The notes beneath the pieces were generated by a model. The model was not told the DNA's origin. It searched no databases and was given only the letters and a program-made list of their open reading frames with translations. Shown here piece after piece: positions 38,773-52,670 of a stretch of 64,000 bases of DNA. The translations under genes were made by a program, and so were the position numbers. The stretch covers positions 1 through 64,000 of the forward strand of contig JYFJ02001692.1 in the NCBI GenBank assembly GCA_000934665.2, given 5' to 3'. Within the stretch, counting starts at the first letter, position 1. Every line of letters starts with the position of its first letter. Source of the DNA: Catajapyx aquilonaris (taxonomy: Eukaryota).

Positions 38773-39269
38773 CAACCATGTGCTTCAGTTGTCGTCTGGC
38801 CTTGAAGAGATGGGCAGCCTTCGATGGGAGCTTTTGGCCACGTTGCTTGTGGCTTGGATCCTAGTATTCTGCTGCCTCTTCAAGGGTGTGAAGAGCTCTG
38901 GAAAAGTTGTGTACTTTTCTGCCACCTTCCCTTATGCAGTGTTGGTTATTCTGCTGGTGTATGGGGTGACCCGACCCGGGGCTGGGGAAGGAATTTTGTT
39001 CTATCTGACACCACGCTGGGAATTGCTCTCCTCCTTTGAAGTGTGGGGGGATGCAGCCACACAGATCTTCTATTCAGTGGGCCCTGCCTGGGGAGGGCTG
39101 CTGACTATGGCCAGCTACAACAAGTTCAACCATAATTGCTACCGAGATGCATTCATCATCCCACTGATCAACTGTGGTACCTCTGTCTTTGCTGGGTTTG
39201 TCGTATTCTCCGTCATTGGGTTCATGGCCCATGTCACCGGGAGACCTATCAGCGAGGTTGTCTCACAGG
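38773..39269 (+). CDS. SLC6 exon 5 (TM4-TM7)
   Basis: [55 protein letters not shown]. Confidence 0.96.
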
Positions 39270-40603
39270 GTAAGTGCAGATTTTGAATCCTTTTTTGTCT
39301 CTCCATTATCAGTAACATGAGTAAATTCATATTAACTAATACTGACATTTGAACAGTTCTCTGCCAAAGAACATAAATCTTGGGTACACAATTGGTATAT
39401 TTTAACATGGGAGGACTTTCTAATGCTATTGTAACTTGCCAAGTGCACTGTAAGGTAAATGAATATTGGGCCACATCATGGCAGCAGAACTACTCTAATT
39501 TGAGTAGATAGAGTAATGCATTCATGTATCATAGTGGTACTTGGTTCACTCACAAGGAAAGTTTGCCAAGGGTAAACTTCGTAGCTGAGTAGTCCACCCT
39601 GAGTATAAATGAATAATCCTAGTAAGTTATTTTTGCCTAATTGTATGTAAGTGTGGCAGAGGAGGCTGGGAATTTAAAATTCCTACCATAGAAAAATATG
39701 TTTAATACTTGTTACTTGGCATTTTGAACCCATCTAGAGTGCAGATTTTTTTGCCAAATATTGGTTTCCTTACGTATGTGTATTGGGCCTAGAAATGTAT
39801 TATTTTCTTTCCTTGAGCCTAGTGTGTGTTGTCTCGCATTGACATTATGAGTGGAAAGGCAACCAACTCATCACTGCATATGTACGTACATTGTGTCCCA
39901 AGTATCCGAGTATTTTTAGTTATTGTTATTGCTAATATGGCCTGAAGTAGTAAATTTTTTGTAGTTTGTTGTGCCCCTATCCAGGTGCCCAATAATAATT
40001 ATTCCCAGGTGGTCAAATATAGCAGTTGCTATAATATAATAGGGCACCTAGATTGGAGTGCGATAACTAAATTTTCTGCAACTAAAGCGATCAGCATACT
40101 TGCAACACCCTATACATGTGTATACATATAGTTCGATTCTATTGCTAAACATGAGTCAAATCTTTCCACCTCTATCCTTAGGCCCTTACTCCCAATCTGT
40201 ACCGCACCATAATGTCTGACACTTGTGTAAAGAAATCAAATTTGGGTGCAAAATATGTGTAGGCCCTACTCTAGATTGTGGGTTGAAAATGCCAAGAAAC
40301 ACAATTTCAACATCTGATCGCTTTCATCCCCACCACCCTATATTAAACCTCACAAGTTGGGCAAAAATAACTATTACAACTCTTTTTCATTGCTGAGAAT
40401 GGACTTCAATTATCATGTACAAAGAAAATCTGACAGTTGCAATTGGTTAGCCTTCCTTGTCAGTCATGGGATCATCCATTTGAGATGTTCATGTTGAGCG
40501 TCAAGGGTTGTGTAAGTTGAACAAGAAAATCAAAAGTACATTAACAAAAGTAATATCATGCTGCACTTGGCACCAGTCTCAGGTTAGTCCTGCAGGGAAT
40601 TAA

Positions 40604-42074
40604 CCCCTTGAGCCCCAGCCGCCTAGAATCTAGGCGCTGAGAACTCGACCGCCAGGTACCAGCTATACCCGCCACCGCCTAGTTTTCTGCTTACTCGTGC
40701 GCTGAAGATACGACCAAGATATTTTACAAATAATAACAGCTCTACTTACCCGTTCAGGGACAATGTTATGAATGTGTTGAAAACAATTTCCCTCCCATGG
40801 ATGTCCGTAAATTAATTTCCAAAAATATCACCGCACAGTATACCCGCTATATTTCCGCTTAGATTTATGCCTAGATTTTCCCGCCTGTTCAACTTACAAG
40901 TACTCTGAAGGTAAGGGCAAGATATTTTACAAATAGTAACAGCTATACTTACCTGTTCATGCAAAACACAGCGTATGTATTGGAAACAATTTTCCTAGAC
41001 TATAAGTCCGTAAATTAATTTCCAAAAAGATCGCTGTAAAATATGAAAATCTAAGTACTAACGGCCAACTGGTAGGCTGATTTAATTATGAAATACGTTA
41101 AAATATACTGGATAACAATCTTGAGAACCATGCCAGAAGACTTTCTTGAGATCGTTGTACTTTCTGAGAAATAAATAAATACTTTTCTGCAGCTTGCCTG
41201 TCACTTCGGATTACTCCCAAATTTACTTGTTTCTCGAAAAGTACGACGATTTCAGCAAATCCATTTTTTATTTGTTTTATCCTGTGATAGGCCTACATAG
41301 GCCCTGTTGGGGGGTGGTACACCACCATCAATTTTCTTGAATTATTTTTCTTTCCTCCAGTGCAAGGGGACAGGATAGGGATAATGAGGGGGGGGGGACA
41401 CTGGTGCAGGTGCAATGTCTCAAGTTGGGGGTCGTGTGCAGTCCCTCAGGGGGCCAGTTCGCCAAGATGACCCCCGTAGATGCGGGTCAGAAACCCCCCA
41501 CCGACACCTCACTCGCCTCCTCATGGACAGGTCAAGGATAGGAAAGGAATGAAGCGGCTGTGGCCTATTATTTAGGAAGCAACCCTGGAATTCTCCTGGG
41601 GGGACTGTGAGAAACCACAGAAAACCACTGTTAGGATTACCGGCCCCGGGACTCGAACCCAGGACCTCCCGATTAGCAGTCGAACACCTTATCCACTCCA
41701 CCAAACTGGTTCGGTGATTTCAGCAACTCCAGTTGACACCATTCTCAAAATTGTTATTCCGTATATTTTAACATATTTCATAACTAAATCAGCCTAACAG
41801 TTGGCCGGCAGTACTCTACTTTAGAGTTTTTACAGCGGTATTTTTGGAAATTAATTTAAGGACTTCTATGGGAGAGAAATTGTTTGCAACACATTCATAA
41901 TGTTTTCCTGGAATGGGTAAGTAGAGCTGTTATTATTCGTAAAATTAATATCTTGTTTGTATCTTCAGGCAATAAGCAGACGAGTAAGCTGAAAACTAGG
42001 CGGTGGCGGGTATAGCTGCCACCTGGCGGTCGAGTTCTCAGTGCCTAGATTCTAGGCGGCTGGGGCTCAAGGGG
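40604..42074. mobile_element. piggyBac-like foldback element carrying a SINE A insertion
   Basis: TTAA|CCCCTTGAGCCCCAGCC ... GGCTGGGGCTCAAGGGG; internal arms homologous to 19183-19921. Confidence 0.8.
41264..41715 (-). mobile_element. tRNA-derived SINE, family A (full length)
   Basis: A/B boxes, shared tail, TSD GATTTCAGCAAnTCCA at 41248 and 41716. Confidence 0.88.
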
Positions 42075-42187
42075 TTGTGTTGAGATGCCCAAATTTAATA
42101 TTGAAAATTACGTGCATTTTTATTGTAATAGTAGGCATTAATAAGTGCAATGTGCAAAATTGTAATCTGCTTCCTATCATGTTCTAG

Positions 42188-42300
42188 GTCCAGGGCTGGC
42201 ATTTGTGGTGTACCCTGAGGCTGTGACGCACCTACCTGCCCCGCCAGTTTGGGCCTTCCTTTTCTTTTCTATGCTTTTCACTATAGGGTTGGATTCCCAG
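42188..42300 (+). CDS. SLC6 exon 6 ([38 protein letters not shown])
   Basis: Conserved GPGLAF..YPEA and GLDSQ; AG/GT boundaries in phase. Confidence 0.95.
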
Positions 42301-45300
42301 GTACGGCAAACACATTTAGAGTTACACAAGAAAAAAAAGCAAGTTGGGAGTACTTAACCCGAAGACTTGACCCAACAAAAGAAAATCCAAGTCTTTCCTT
42401 CAAGTCAACTCTGTTTTGCTTATTGCAACATTGTGTGTGGGGAAAGCAGAATGTTATCAGTTGCAAAGATCAGGCTGGATGTAATTAATATTCTTAAAAT
42501 GTATTCATTGTCAAAAATATTACAAGAGAATCCTATTGTTGCCTGCGCATTGATAGTTAAGTGAAGGAAAGGCTGACTCACGCTCAGCACTTATCTGCAC
42601 AGTTTACATATGTGTTTTGTCCAAAGTAATTTGATATTCATGTAAACTGGGCTGTCAAGTGAGAGTGTGCTGTTTGCTTGCGATTGTTTTGTGGCACATA
42701 CCATTAGTTCCCAATCTCTTAACGTGTTTCTGCATGGGGAATCGCAAGCAAATATTGAAATTAATAACATGGCATTGGTTCTGCCACTACGTATATGGCT
42801 TGTGACAATGGCTTGTGAGAAATTTTTTGACAAATTATATTAAGCCCAGTATAAGTGATGGAGCCAATGCATAACGCTACTTTCATAATCACCAGTCATC
42901 TCATGCCCACCCGTTTTCAACTTAAAACAGCGTTTGATGCATCATCCTCACTGTTATCACCCATCATGCATATCGATCGTCTATACTCCCTGCAAACACT
43001 GCTTTAAGTTGAAACATCATTTCCATTAGTCTGTGCTTCCATATAATCACACATTAATGGTAAAATCAATACAAAAGTACCTGTAAAACCAGTATTGTCA
43101 TTTCTTATTTTTTGATAATAATTATACTTGGCTTGTTTACAAACTGATATGTCAAGTGACATATAGAAGCACAGGAAGGAAAGAATGGTCCATATTAAAT
43201 TCTTGAAAAGGTTTAGATTGTTTTTTGAATTAACATTGTACCCTCCCATGCCCCCCCAAAGAATCAAAATTATAAATTGTTACCAATTTTAAAGAGAAAA
43301 CATTGTTTATTGCTATAATTGGACCATTTTGTCTGTAACAGAAAAAAAAAAAAATGTTTTTAAGTGTTTAGTCTCCTTTCAGATTTCTTGCTCTCATGGA
43401 AGCCCAAGGATGTAGGTATTTTTGGGTAGATAAAAAAATGATATTTTTTGAAGAAAGGAAGTCATATTGTCGTGGTGGGGGTTGAGAAGCAAAAGAGTGT
43501 GAGTTGTGCTGAGTGTGGTTTGTTGCCCTGGCTTTGTTGTTATCTGGCTTTTATTCAATATTATAACTTTGTTTCTGGTGACATGAGCTTGTAGAAATGG
43601 TATAGTGGAACTTTGCTTGTGCAGTTGTGCTTTGGTACCAGGAGTCGTAACAACGGTATGTAACATGAAAAATGCACTTCTGAGATAGAAAGTAAATTTG
43701 CAAAATTTAATGAGTGCAAGTAAGGTTCTACTGTGTACATGGTTTTACATGAGTTATGTAGTCATGTGAATGGTGCAGAGGTTAATTAGGATTATCTGTT
43801 ATTGAAACAAATGTGCATTGTATAAAAGATCATGATAGTACTTTTCAAAGGAAATTGTGTTTTTGATATTGCAAATTGTTAAAATTGTTTAAGCTGGTCA
43901 CAAATTGTTATGTCAGTAGGGCCTGCATTTTCAATTGGCATAATGTATTTGTGATATTGTAAAAAATTATGAAGTGTGTTGGAATTAAATTGAGCTGTAT
44001 TACTTTCCAATATTAGCAATGTAGTGCCAACTGTACTTTGGAAATCTTAGTCAAGAGGGGCTTATTCTTGGTAAACGTGATTGTTGACAAGGTTTGGACA
44101 CGTCTTTTGCTGCTTCTAAGAGTGCACCACAGTAGTTTTGGTAATGTGAAATATGCTGTAATGCAAACTTGATTGTCAGAGCTATTGCAATGATATTGTA
44201 AGTTTTACACAATTTATACATTTGTTGTAATCTGCCAGTTGGTTCCTAATTGTACTGTGACTTGGACTTTTGTGATCCAAAAGTTGGTGCACTGAATTAG
44301 AACAACCCCCACCATTCTGGTACTTCCAAGCTACCCAACTATTCTATGTACTTTATTTTTGGAAGTTATTATTTTATGGGCTGGATTCGTCATTGGGACA
44401 GCTGCCCTTTTTTGCATTCGTAAAAAAGGGTGGTTGTGGTTAATATGGAAACCTGTTCTATTTTTGCATCATTGATATTAGAAGTGTTATCCCAAAGGCG
44501 ATACCAATTCCTTTCTGTTGCTTCTTGATGTGTTGTTTCGTTTTTGTGACCACCATAGAGAGCCCTGCCCCCTGCCAAGAGCCTGTGTGGGCGGCGAGGG
44601 CAGGCCAGCAGCACAGCACCACTTCCACGGCGCCAGCAAGCCTCTTTGGGGTATTGGCACCTAGGTTCAGTCACCAAAAATGTCGAAAGACAAAAAAAAA
44701 AAAAAGTTGACTGCACATCATTTCATCAGAACACCATTATCCCTCCTCCATCTCTTTATTTGTGACCTGTAATCAAATGGTCTTTACTTAGAAACTTTTG
44801 AACCTGAATTTTGGTATGTAGAAATTCACTTGAGGGATGTAAATGCATCAGGAGTTACCATTTATTGCTTCCAAATTGTACTGGTAACTTTGATTATAAG
44901 TACCGGTACCTTTGATCAAGTGCCGTTAACTTTTGGGTGCATGTAGAGCTTAACCTTTGTGAGCAAGCACGCACCAGTTTTTTAATGCAAATACATTCAA
45001 CCTAGATTCAGTCACATTCAGTTTTAATCCATATACACTTTTTTCAATTTACTGTGATGTAAGTACATTCAAAAATGCTATCAGCTTTGCCTCATGTACC
45101 ACTTAGTTTCATTGATGACAGGAAAATTTGACCCCCTCCAAAAATTTTCATCATCATCCCCCATATTTTAAACATAAGTCATCACCCTTATATATCTTAA
45201 TATTTCTGAATTTTAGTTTCTTATCTATCTCTCTCCTTTCCTATTTTCGATTTCTCTGTGATGTACAGTACTCTTCTCTCAAGAACTTGGAGTAGATAAA

Positions 45301-45980
45301 AAAATCTTAAGTCTTTTTAAGAGTTTGTCACACTTCTGATCTTTTGTTATGTTTACTTTCATATCTGTCCCCAAACAATATAATTTTATTTGAGTTGATT
45401 TTGGAACAGTTTTGGTTTCAGGTTAAGGCTTGAGTTTTACTGGGCCCTTTGTTGTCCTCTCTTTTTACTTGCACACTCTTTGCTGCTACTGCTCAAGGCT
45501 CCTGCTGTGACGATGAAAAGTATTAAATAGTACGTGCAGACATACCTTGAAAGAAGAGGGTTGCTGTGAAACTAACATGTCCAAACTTGCTTTACTGACC
45601 TTTACGAGTTTTATTCCAGGAGAGCAACTCTCTTCTCTCTGGTTGTTTGCAAGTGAAACTCAAGCCTGCTGGCCGAAATTGGTCAGTTAGAAAAAAAAAT
45701 CAGACTAATTGCTTTGCAAAAGAAAAAATTAAAAAATAAAATACACAAGCATTAGTAAGGACTGTGTTTTGGAAAGCATATTTTCTTACCGATTTTTTCT
45801 TTTGCTGATGGTAACCGTTCAGAGTGGTTTTGCTGACCACGCTTCCAATTCCCTGCCTTATGTGATGTGAGTGGAATTTGAACCAAAAAGCATAAACACA
45901 GTAAAAAAAAATATTGAAAAATTCATGGCTGACCTTTCGCAATCTAATCTCTGTGCTCTTGCTCTTTCTCTTTGGCACAG

Positions 45981-46109
45981 TTTGGCATGTTTGAGTGTTT
46001 GATCTCTGCGCTCTCTGATGAATTTCCTGTACTGAGGAATCACAAGAGGATGTTCACAGTGGCCATGTGCGGGCTACTCTTTATCCTTGGAATTCCATGT
46101 GTCATGCAG
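45981..46109 (+). CDS. SLC6 exon 7 (FGMFECLISALSDEFP...GIPCVMQ)
   Basis: TM8-TM9 pattern; cacAG acceptor and GTGAGG donor. Confidence 0.92.
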
Positions 46110-46237
46110 GTGAGGGAACTGGGCAATCACTCAAGAAACTAGTATTTTTTGCATGAAGTGAATTTTTTTTATTTGTTAGTGCATGATATCATGATATAAC
46201 ATAACTATCATACAAATGCCTTGTATCAATTTTGTAG

Positions 46238-46337
46238 GGTGGAATGTACATACTGCAGCTGATGGACTGGTACTGTGCTGCTTTTTCCTTGATGATCATC
46301 TCATTTTTTGAGTGCATTGTGATTGGATGGATTTATG
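46238..46337 (+). CDS. SLC6 exon 8 (GGMYILQLMDWYCAAFS...IGWIY)
   Basis: GG.Y..QL.D.Y TM10 motif; canonical splice sites. Confidence 0.93.
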
Positions 46338-46452
46338 GTAAGTCTCCATGATATTAATTGAAAACTGTCCAGTATAAGCAGCATACTGTATTGCCATTGG
46401 GTAATTCCACCATAACTGACGCAACATTTGGAAAGGGATTCATGTACTTATA

Positions 46453-47987
46453 CCTTACCCAAATCCCATGGTTTACGCATGCCCCCCAGTTTGTGAGTCA
46501 TTGCAGTGTAATTGGTACAAAACATAAGGGTCAGTGATAACCTCCCCGTAAAAACGTGAGTTAACATGTAAGAAAGGAAATGCATGTGCCAATGGTTTGA
46601 TTTGGTCCATACACAAGGGTCATGATGAGTTTGTACAATGGAGCACCCAATACTCATGGGAAGTGATATTACGCGCACCCCCCTGTCACATGATATCATC
46701 GCTGTGTGTCCATGTGCCATTGCAAGCAAACGTAACTCCCATGGTTCTCAGCCCATCTTGGCTATAAAAGGTAGGAGAAACCACCTCCCATGAATCATCA
46801 CAGAGAAAAAACATTGCGAGAAGAGGGTTGCCTGTTTCACTAAGGGAAATCATCAAAAAGTATAGGGATGGTGTTGCTCTTTGGTAGATAGGCTGGGAAC
46901 TGTTGGTTCCAGAGTCTACAATACCCAAGTTCCTAAAGCAGTACGACCCCACCGGAACACTTGAGCGAGGGCGGAACACTTGAGTGAGGGAAAAGTCCAG
47001 AGCCACGAAAGTCGACAACAGCATGAGCACACCGGATGCTGCGCTGGATTGTCAGGAAAAACAGACCAGGCAGGTCCTATGAGTCAAAGGGGAAACCACC
47101 TCCCAGTTCACAAGTCATTGCAGAGTCCTTCACCCTTCTGTTGAATGACTCTGCGACTGATGTTTCCATACACCACCTCAAATGGTGATTCGTCAGACCA
47201 AATCACCTTCTTCCAATCGTTGAATGTCCAGTTTAGATGGTCCCATGCCCATTGGTAGCGACGTTTCTTCAGGACTCTGGTGTGGAGTGGTTTCCGCTTT
47301 GACTTGTAGGACCTGTACCTCATGTCCTTCAGCCTCTTCATGGTTATTTTCGTCGAAATTGGACTCCGTGGCCTCTCCTGCCACAATGCTGCAGCCTCCG
47401 CAAAAGTGCCTGGTCTGTTTTTCCTGACAATCCAGTGCAGCATCCAGGGTGCTCGCGCTGTTGTCGACTTTCGTGGCTCTGGACTTTTCCCCTGCTCATC
47501 TGTTCCAGTGGGGTCGTACTGCTCTAGGTACTTGGGTATTGTAGACTCTGGAACCAACAGTTCCCAGCCTATCTACCAAAGAGCAACACCATCCCAATGC
47601 TTTTTAATGATGTCCCTTAGTGAAACAGGCAACCCTCTTCTTGTCATGTTTTTTCACTGTGATGAGTCATGGGAGGTGGTTTCTCCTGCCTTTTATAGCC
47701 AAGATGGGCTGAGAACCATGGGAGTTATATTTGCATGCAATGGTACATGCACACACAGCGATGATATCATGTGACAGGGGTGCACGTAATATCACTTCCC
47801 TTGAGTATTGGGTGGTCCATCGTACAAACTCATCATGACCCTTGTGTATGGACCGAATCAAACCATTGGCACATGCATTCATTTCCTTTCTTACTTGTTA
47901 ATGCACGGTTTTATGTGGAGGTTATCACTGACCCTGCGATGACTTGCAAACTGGGGGGTGCATATGAACCAAGGGATTTGGGTAAGG
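46453..47987. mobile_element. Tc1-derived foldback element with arms of about 600 bp
   Basis: TA TSDs; 46453-47075 is an inverted copy of 47405-47987; the minus-strand ORF has Tc1 motifs (RKPL...RYQWA...WKKVIWSDES). Confidence 0.88.
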
Positions 47988-48547
47988 TATTTATTGGAAT
48001 GGCAAATGTTAATGAAAAAGGAATTTAAAATTATTCCCATGAGGCTGCCTCCTGATAGCTTATTGCCATATTTTTAGAATTTCACAACAGTAACTTGAAT
48101 TGACTCTGTAAAATATTAATATAATGTAACTGACGCAACATGAAAAGAGACGAGCTCCTTGGGGGGGGGTGCTGTAGTGACATGAAACCCCGTGACCTGA
48201 ATGTGTTTAGAAGGAATGTTACAACTGCTATGTACAGTAATCTACACTTGAGGAGCAATTTTGTGATTATTTTAGACCATGCCTGTTGATGTTCATGTTT
48301 TCAGGAGAAATTAGGATTAACGAAACTGACACAACAAACAGTGGAAAGTTGCATCAGTTATGACTATTATATCTGAGTTTTCCATGGTTCTGCTGCTTTC
48401 TGGTAGCAGAACGTTGCTACCATCATCGTTCATCTGACATAATGGCATAATGATCTGCTTTCAATAAGCTATCTACTACCCCACAATACGAGGCTTCATT
48501 TTTGGATCATTGTCTCTGTTCACATGGAATTACCCTATTTTATTCAG

Positions 48548-48648
48548 GGGCTGATCGTTTCATGGAGGACATCAAGCTGATGACTGGGAAGACTCCGTCC
48601 AAGTGGTGGAAGTGGTGCTGGCAGTTCATCACTCCCACAATCATTCTG
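48548..48648 (+). CDS. SLC6 exon 9 (GADRFMEDIKLMTGKTPSKWWKWCWQFITPTIIL)
   Basis: G.DRF..DI..M.G..P..WW..CW motif. Confidence 0.93.
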
Positions 48649-48819
48649 GTAAGGGAAAAGAACATTATAAGTCAACATGATATATTGACTACAATCAATG
48701 ACTAAAGTGGAATGTATTTAAGAAGATGCAGAACTCAAGTACTTTAGTTGAGGTCAGATTTGACAAAAACGTTTTGCCAGTGCTAAAAGCAACTCATGCT
48801 AATAACTCTCCAATTCCAG

Positions 48820-49190
48820 CTCCTCCTCCTGTTCACATTGATCAACCACAAGCCTGTGACCTATGGGTCCTACATTTACCCACGCTGGTCCCTGATCCTG
48901 GGCTGGATGATGGCACTGTGCTCACTGATTCCCATCCCAGTCATGGCTGTGGCTCAACTCCGGAGGGCAAGGAACAGTGCTAACAACAACAACAAGTCAT
49001 GTGGCGCCAATGGAGGGCAGCAGTCCCTTGGAAAGTGCATTTTGGACAGCCTGCGTCCAGCCTCAGGGTGGGGTCCATCACAGCCTGAGTTTCAGGCCTT
49101 GTACCGAGAGAGCCTTGGGAGGGTTCCTGCTGGAAAGATGCTTGACTGGTTCAAAAAGTGGGGTGGAGTCAATGAGATGACCATATCCAG
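48820..49190 (+). CDS. SLC6 exon 10 (TM12 and C-terminal tail); an in-frame TGA at 49192-49194 is reached if the donor is not used
   Basis: Y.YP.W...LGW...S...IP motif and P...WGP motif; CAG|GTGAGT donor. Confidence 0.9.
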
Positions 49191-49464
49191 GTGAGTTTGT
49201 CCCAGAACCATTAATGGAAGGTACTGGCAGGGGAAAGATGGATATTTTTTGAAGTAAAATGCCACAAGGGCTTAATTTGCATTGATCTTGCTATGGAAAC
49301 CACATAAAACTGCTGAAATGGAGGCAAGGACTTATACGCTTTTTCTTGAATTCATTAGAATTACATATTTAGTGTGTGGTCAGCAAAGCATTTAACAGTG
49401 TATTTTGTAACATTTGCACATTTGGCAGTTGACTCAGTAAGTTTGAATATGTACTATCATTCAA

Positions 49465-51175
49465 AAGTAATGTCGCACTGTTATGTGATGGCGTCCGCGA
49501 CTTGTTGTTTAGCATGGGCATTGCCGAGTTACAGATGTTATTTAGGGAATATTCCGGAATCCACAACACTTTTCTCACCGGTCGCGGTCCTTCAGTTCCA
49601 TGGCCACACGGTCCTGGTCGCTCTTGAGACCGCTGCTACTTATTCGTGCAACTTATTCCTAGTTATAGGGTGAGTGTAATCTATAAAACAGAACCCACTC
49701 ATTTATCAGCGATTTAATCTACACTGCTATAAAATAATACTGTATAAGGTCTCGATTGACAGGCAGGCTGGCATCAACACACTGCAGTCATAATCAACTA
49801 GTTTTTTATACAGACCTAAAGAATTTCACATTTTGCACCACACATTAGCAAATTACATGATAAATTTTGAAGAAATGCCTAATAGTTAACCCAAATATCG
49901 TATAGGGGACTAGCCTAACATGCTGACTGTGACATAACAATTTCGCTTGCCAAGTTATAGGCAACAGAAATCTGCTGAACGCACCTCTGGAATCTCCCAC
50001 TTTTCAAGTTTCCATGGAAATGCCCTCACACAACAATAGGAGTAAACTTCAATCCTGCTTCAATGATAATAGGCGTATTCGGCAATTCAGATTATTCTGA
50101 GATGCGTCACGTGATATCTGAGTTGTTAGCCCTGCCCCTCAGAAGATTATTGCCGAACGGCCGAACTGAGAGACCCCCCTACCCGCCTGTGCTGCATCCC
50201 AGTGATATGCCAATGTTCGGGTATTTCGGTGCCGTATTTCGGACGCTTGCGGGTAATGGTGCGGGTAAAATGAAAATGCGGGTAAAATCGGGTATTTTCA
50301 GGTCCTCCCGCGGGATTTTTGGGCATTTTGCATTGGCAACACTGCTGCATCCATAACAATAATTTGTTTGTTAATTGTTTCTCAGCAAGTAAGTCAGGTC
50401 AGGAGTACACTAAGTTCCTGAGCTTGGGAAGTCAGGTAGGGCGCATGCGCACTTACTTCAGGGGGCGTGGCACCTGATTTGCCGAACATCCAAACAGCCC
50501 AGGAAGTCAGATTCCTGAATTGCCGAATACGCCTAATACGTAGAACCAGGGAGCATATACTACATGTAGTATATGCTCCCTGATAGAACACTGTTTACGC
50601 CTATTGTTGTGTGAGGGCATTTCCATGGAAACTTGAAAAGTGGGAGGTTCCAGAGGTGCGTTCAGCAGATTTCTGTTGCCTATAACTTGGCAGGCAAACC
50701 TATTATGTCACAGTCAGGTTAGGCTGGGTCCTCCATATGAGGTTAGAATAGTCTTCTTCACTGACCAGCTCTCTTGGATATAACCCACCAGGTTCTGGCA
50801 TGAGATGTCTTGGTTTTGTGTGGCAACACAATGGAGTCAGCCAATTTGCATGGCAAGTATAATTGGCTTTGAACAATTCAGATGTTTTAGAACAACTGCA
50901 AACATGTTCAGACCTTATATAGTATTATTTTATTGCAGTGTGGATTTGCTGATAAATGAGTGGGTTCTGTTCTATAGATTACACAGACTCTATAAACTAG
51001 GAATCAGTTGCACCAATAAGTAGCAGCGGTCTGAAGAGTGACCCGGACCGAGGGACCACAACTGGTGAGCAAAGTGTTGTGGATTCCGGAATATTGCCAA
51101 ATTAACATACGCGTCTCGGCAACACCCATGCTAAACAACAAGTCGAGGACGCCATCACATAACAGATTAACAGTG
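49465..51175. mobile_element. Nested long inverted repeats (foldback element with an inner MITE at about 50070-50535)
   Basis: 49470-49730 pairs with 50935-51170; 49910-50047 pairs with 50593-50725; TAGGCGTATTCGGCAATTCAG pairs with CTGAATTGCCGAATACGCCTA. Confidence 0.75.
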
Positions 51176-51661
51176 CAACATAACGTTTGCGTCTAATAGT
51201 AGGCCCTACTGTATGTGGGGCTCAAGACTATGGAGGATTTCTTGCAGTACCTCTAATACCACCAGAAGCCGGATCAGTAATGTTGTGTGCACCCAAAGAT
51301 TTTCAAATGTTTCATTTGACCTTCACAGTTTGGGAGGCTATTTGAGTGGTTTTTCTTTTCTACACCTGATTGGGAATTTTTCCATCCTCATAATATTCTA
51401 ATTTGCTGTTTGGCCCCAATATGTCTCGTGAGTTTAGGCACTAATTGCCATGGAGCGCATTTTCTCCATACCGTTTTCAAGTGGAATTTGCTCCCACCAG
51501 TTTACTTGGGTTAGGAAATCCCACTGACATGCCTGTTCATCAGAAGCCACCCTCACAGTCACAACTGGTCTAGGGATTAGGAAGGACCGTACAGTTGCAC
51601 TCATAGTGGGCAAGGGGATAGAAAAGAAAAGCCAGAATGTAAATGTTAAGAAGGTATCATA

Positions 51662-52423
51662 CGAGGGCTATTTTAAAATCAAGTTCCTATGAGCTGTGAA
51701 ATAAAAACGAGAGAAATGATTTTTTTAAAATACTCACAAAAGTGAGCGTCACCCTTCTGCTACATAGCCACCTTCCCAATTGAGTCACTTGTCATAACAT
51801 GGCACTATCTTTTATAACTCTTAACACAATCAATGCTCTCGCCAAATGCTATGTTCTCTGTGTAATTTGATTTCTCCAAGCTAAAGGACACACGCAGCCG
51901 AAATTCATAGGAGATCACATAAAGTGTATGTAGAAAAGTGCATGAGTGACGTTGCTGTGTCAGAATTTACAAGTAGGACGAATAGACGTCCATGATGAGG
52001 AAGGTCAAGGGAGAAAATCAGTGGTGACTGACAATGCTGTTGAAAAGTAAACAATGTGGTTTTGGAGCTTTGGGTCACAATTTCTGACCTTTCTGATGAT
52101 TTTCTCCCACATTTCAAGGTCAGCTCTTCAGGACATTGTGACAGGAAAGCTGGGCTATCACAGTTGTTGTGAATAGTGAGCATAATAACTGTGGACAGCT
52201 GAAAAAGTGTGTGATAGGTTGGTTCAGTAGCCAGGCAGCAACCTTTTATGGGGTAGGCATTCAAAAAATGGTGCCACGTTATGACAAATGATTCAGTCGG
52301 GATGGTGACTGTGTGGAAAAGTAGCATAAGAATGTAGCTAACTTTTGTTAAGTATTATCATTTTTTCCATCACTCTTGTTTTTATTTCACAGCCCATCGG
52401 AACTAATTTAAAAATAGCCCTCG
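51662..52423 (+). mobile_element. Internally deleted mariner element
   Basis: TA|CGAGGGCTATTTT ... AAAATAGCCCTCG|TA; remnants of the transposase N-terminus (FLQAKG..EIHR-like) and C-terminus (GIQKMVPRYDK). Confidence 0.8.
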
Positions 52424-52670
52424 TATAAGCTTTCTACTCACAATATTGTGACAAAGTATGAGCACATTTTCAGCAAGGATCTGTATCACTCAGTGACAAG
52501 TTTTCCCCTTCAGAATTTTAAATTGCACTGAGTGGTATAGCCTTGTCAAAAAGGGTTTCATTGAGTTCTCTCAGCCAAATTAACTCCGAATATCAATCAT
52601 CTTTATCTTGCATATTTAAAAGCTGCATGGGTAATTTTGATACTAACTGTAAAAATATAATATCTTTCAG

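Noticed and set aside
41640..41715. tRNA-like sequences (also at 24470-24544, 33272-33345, 57050-57124, 63835-63905)
   Set aside because: Poor acceptor stems, continuous with SINE bodies and TSDs; these are SINE heads, not tRNA genes
43200..44320. TG-rich segment in an SLC6 intron, possibly an old transposon
   Set aside because: Termini, TSD and coding remnants could not be defined by eye
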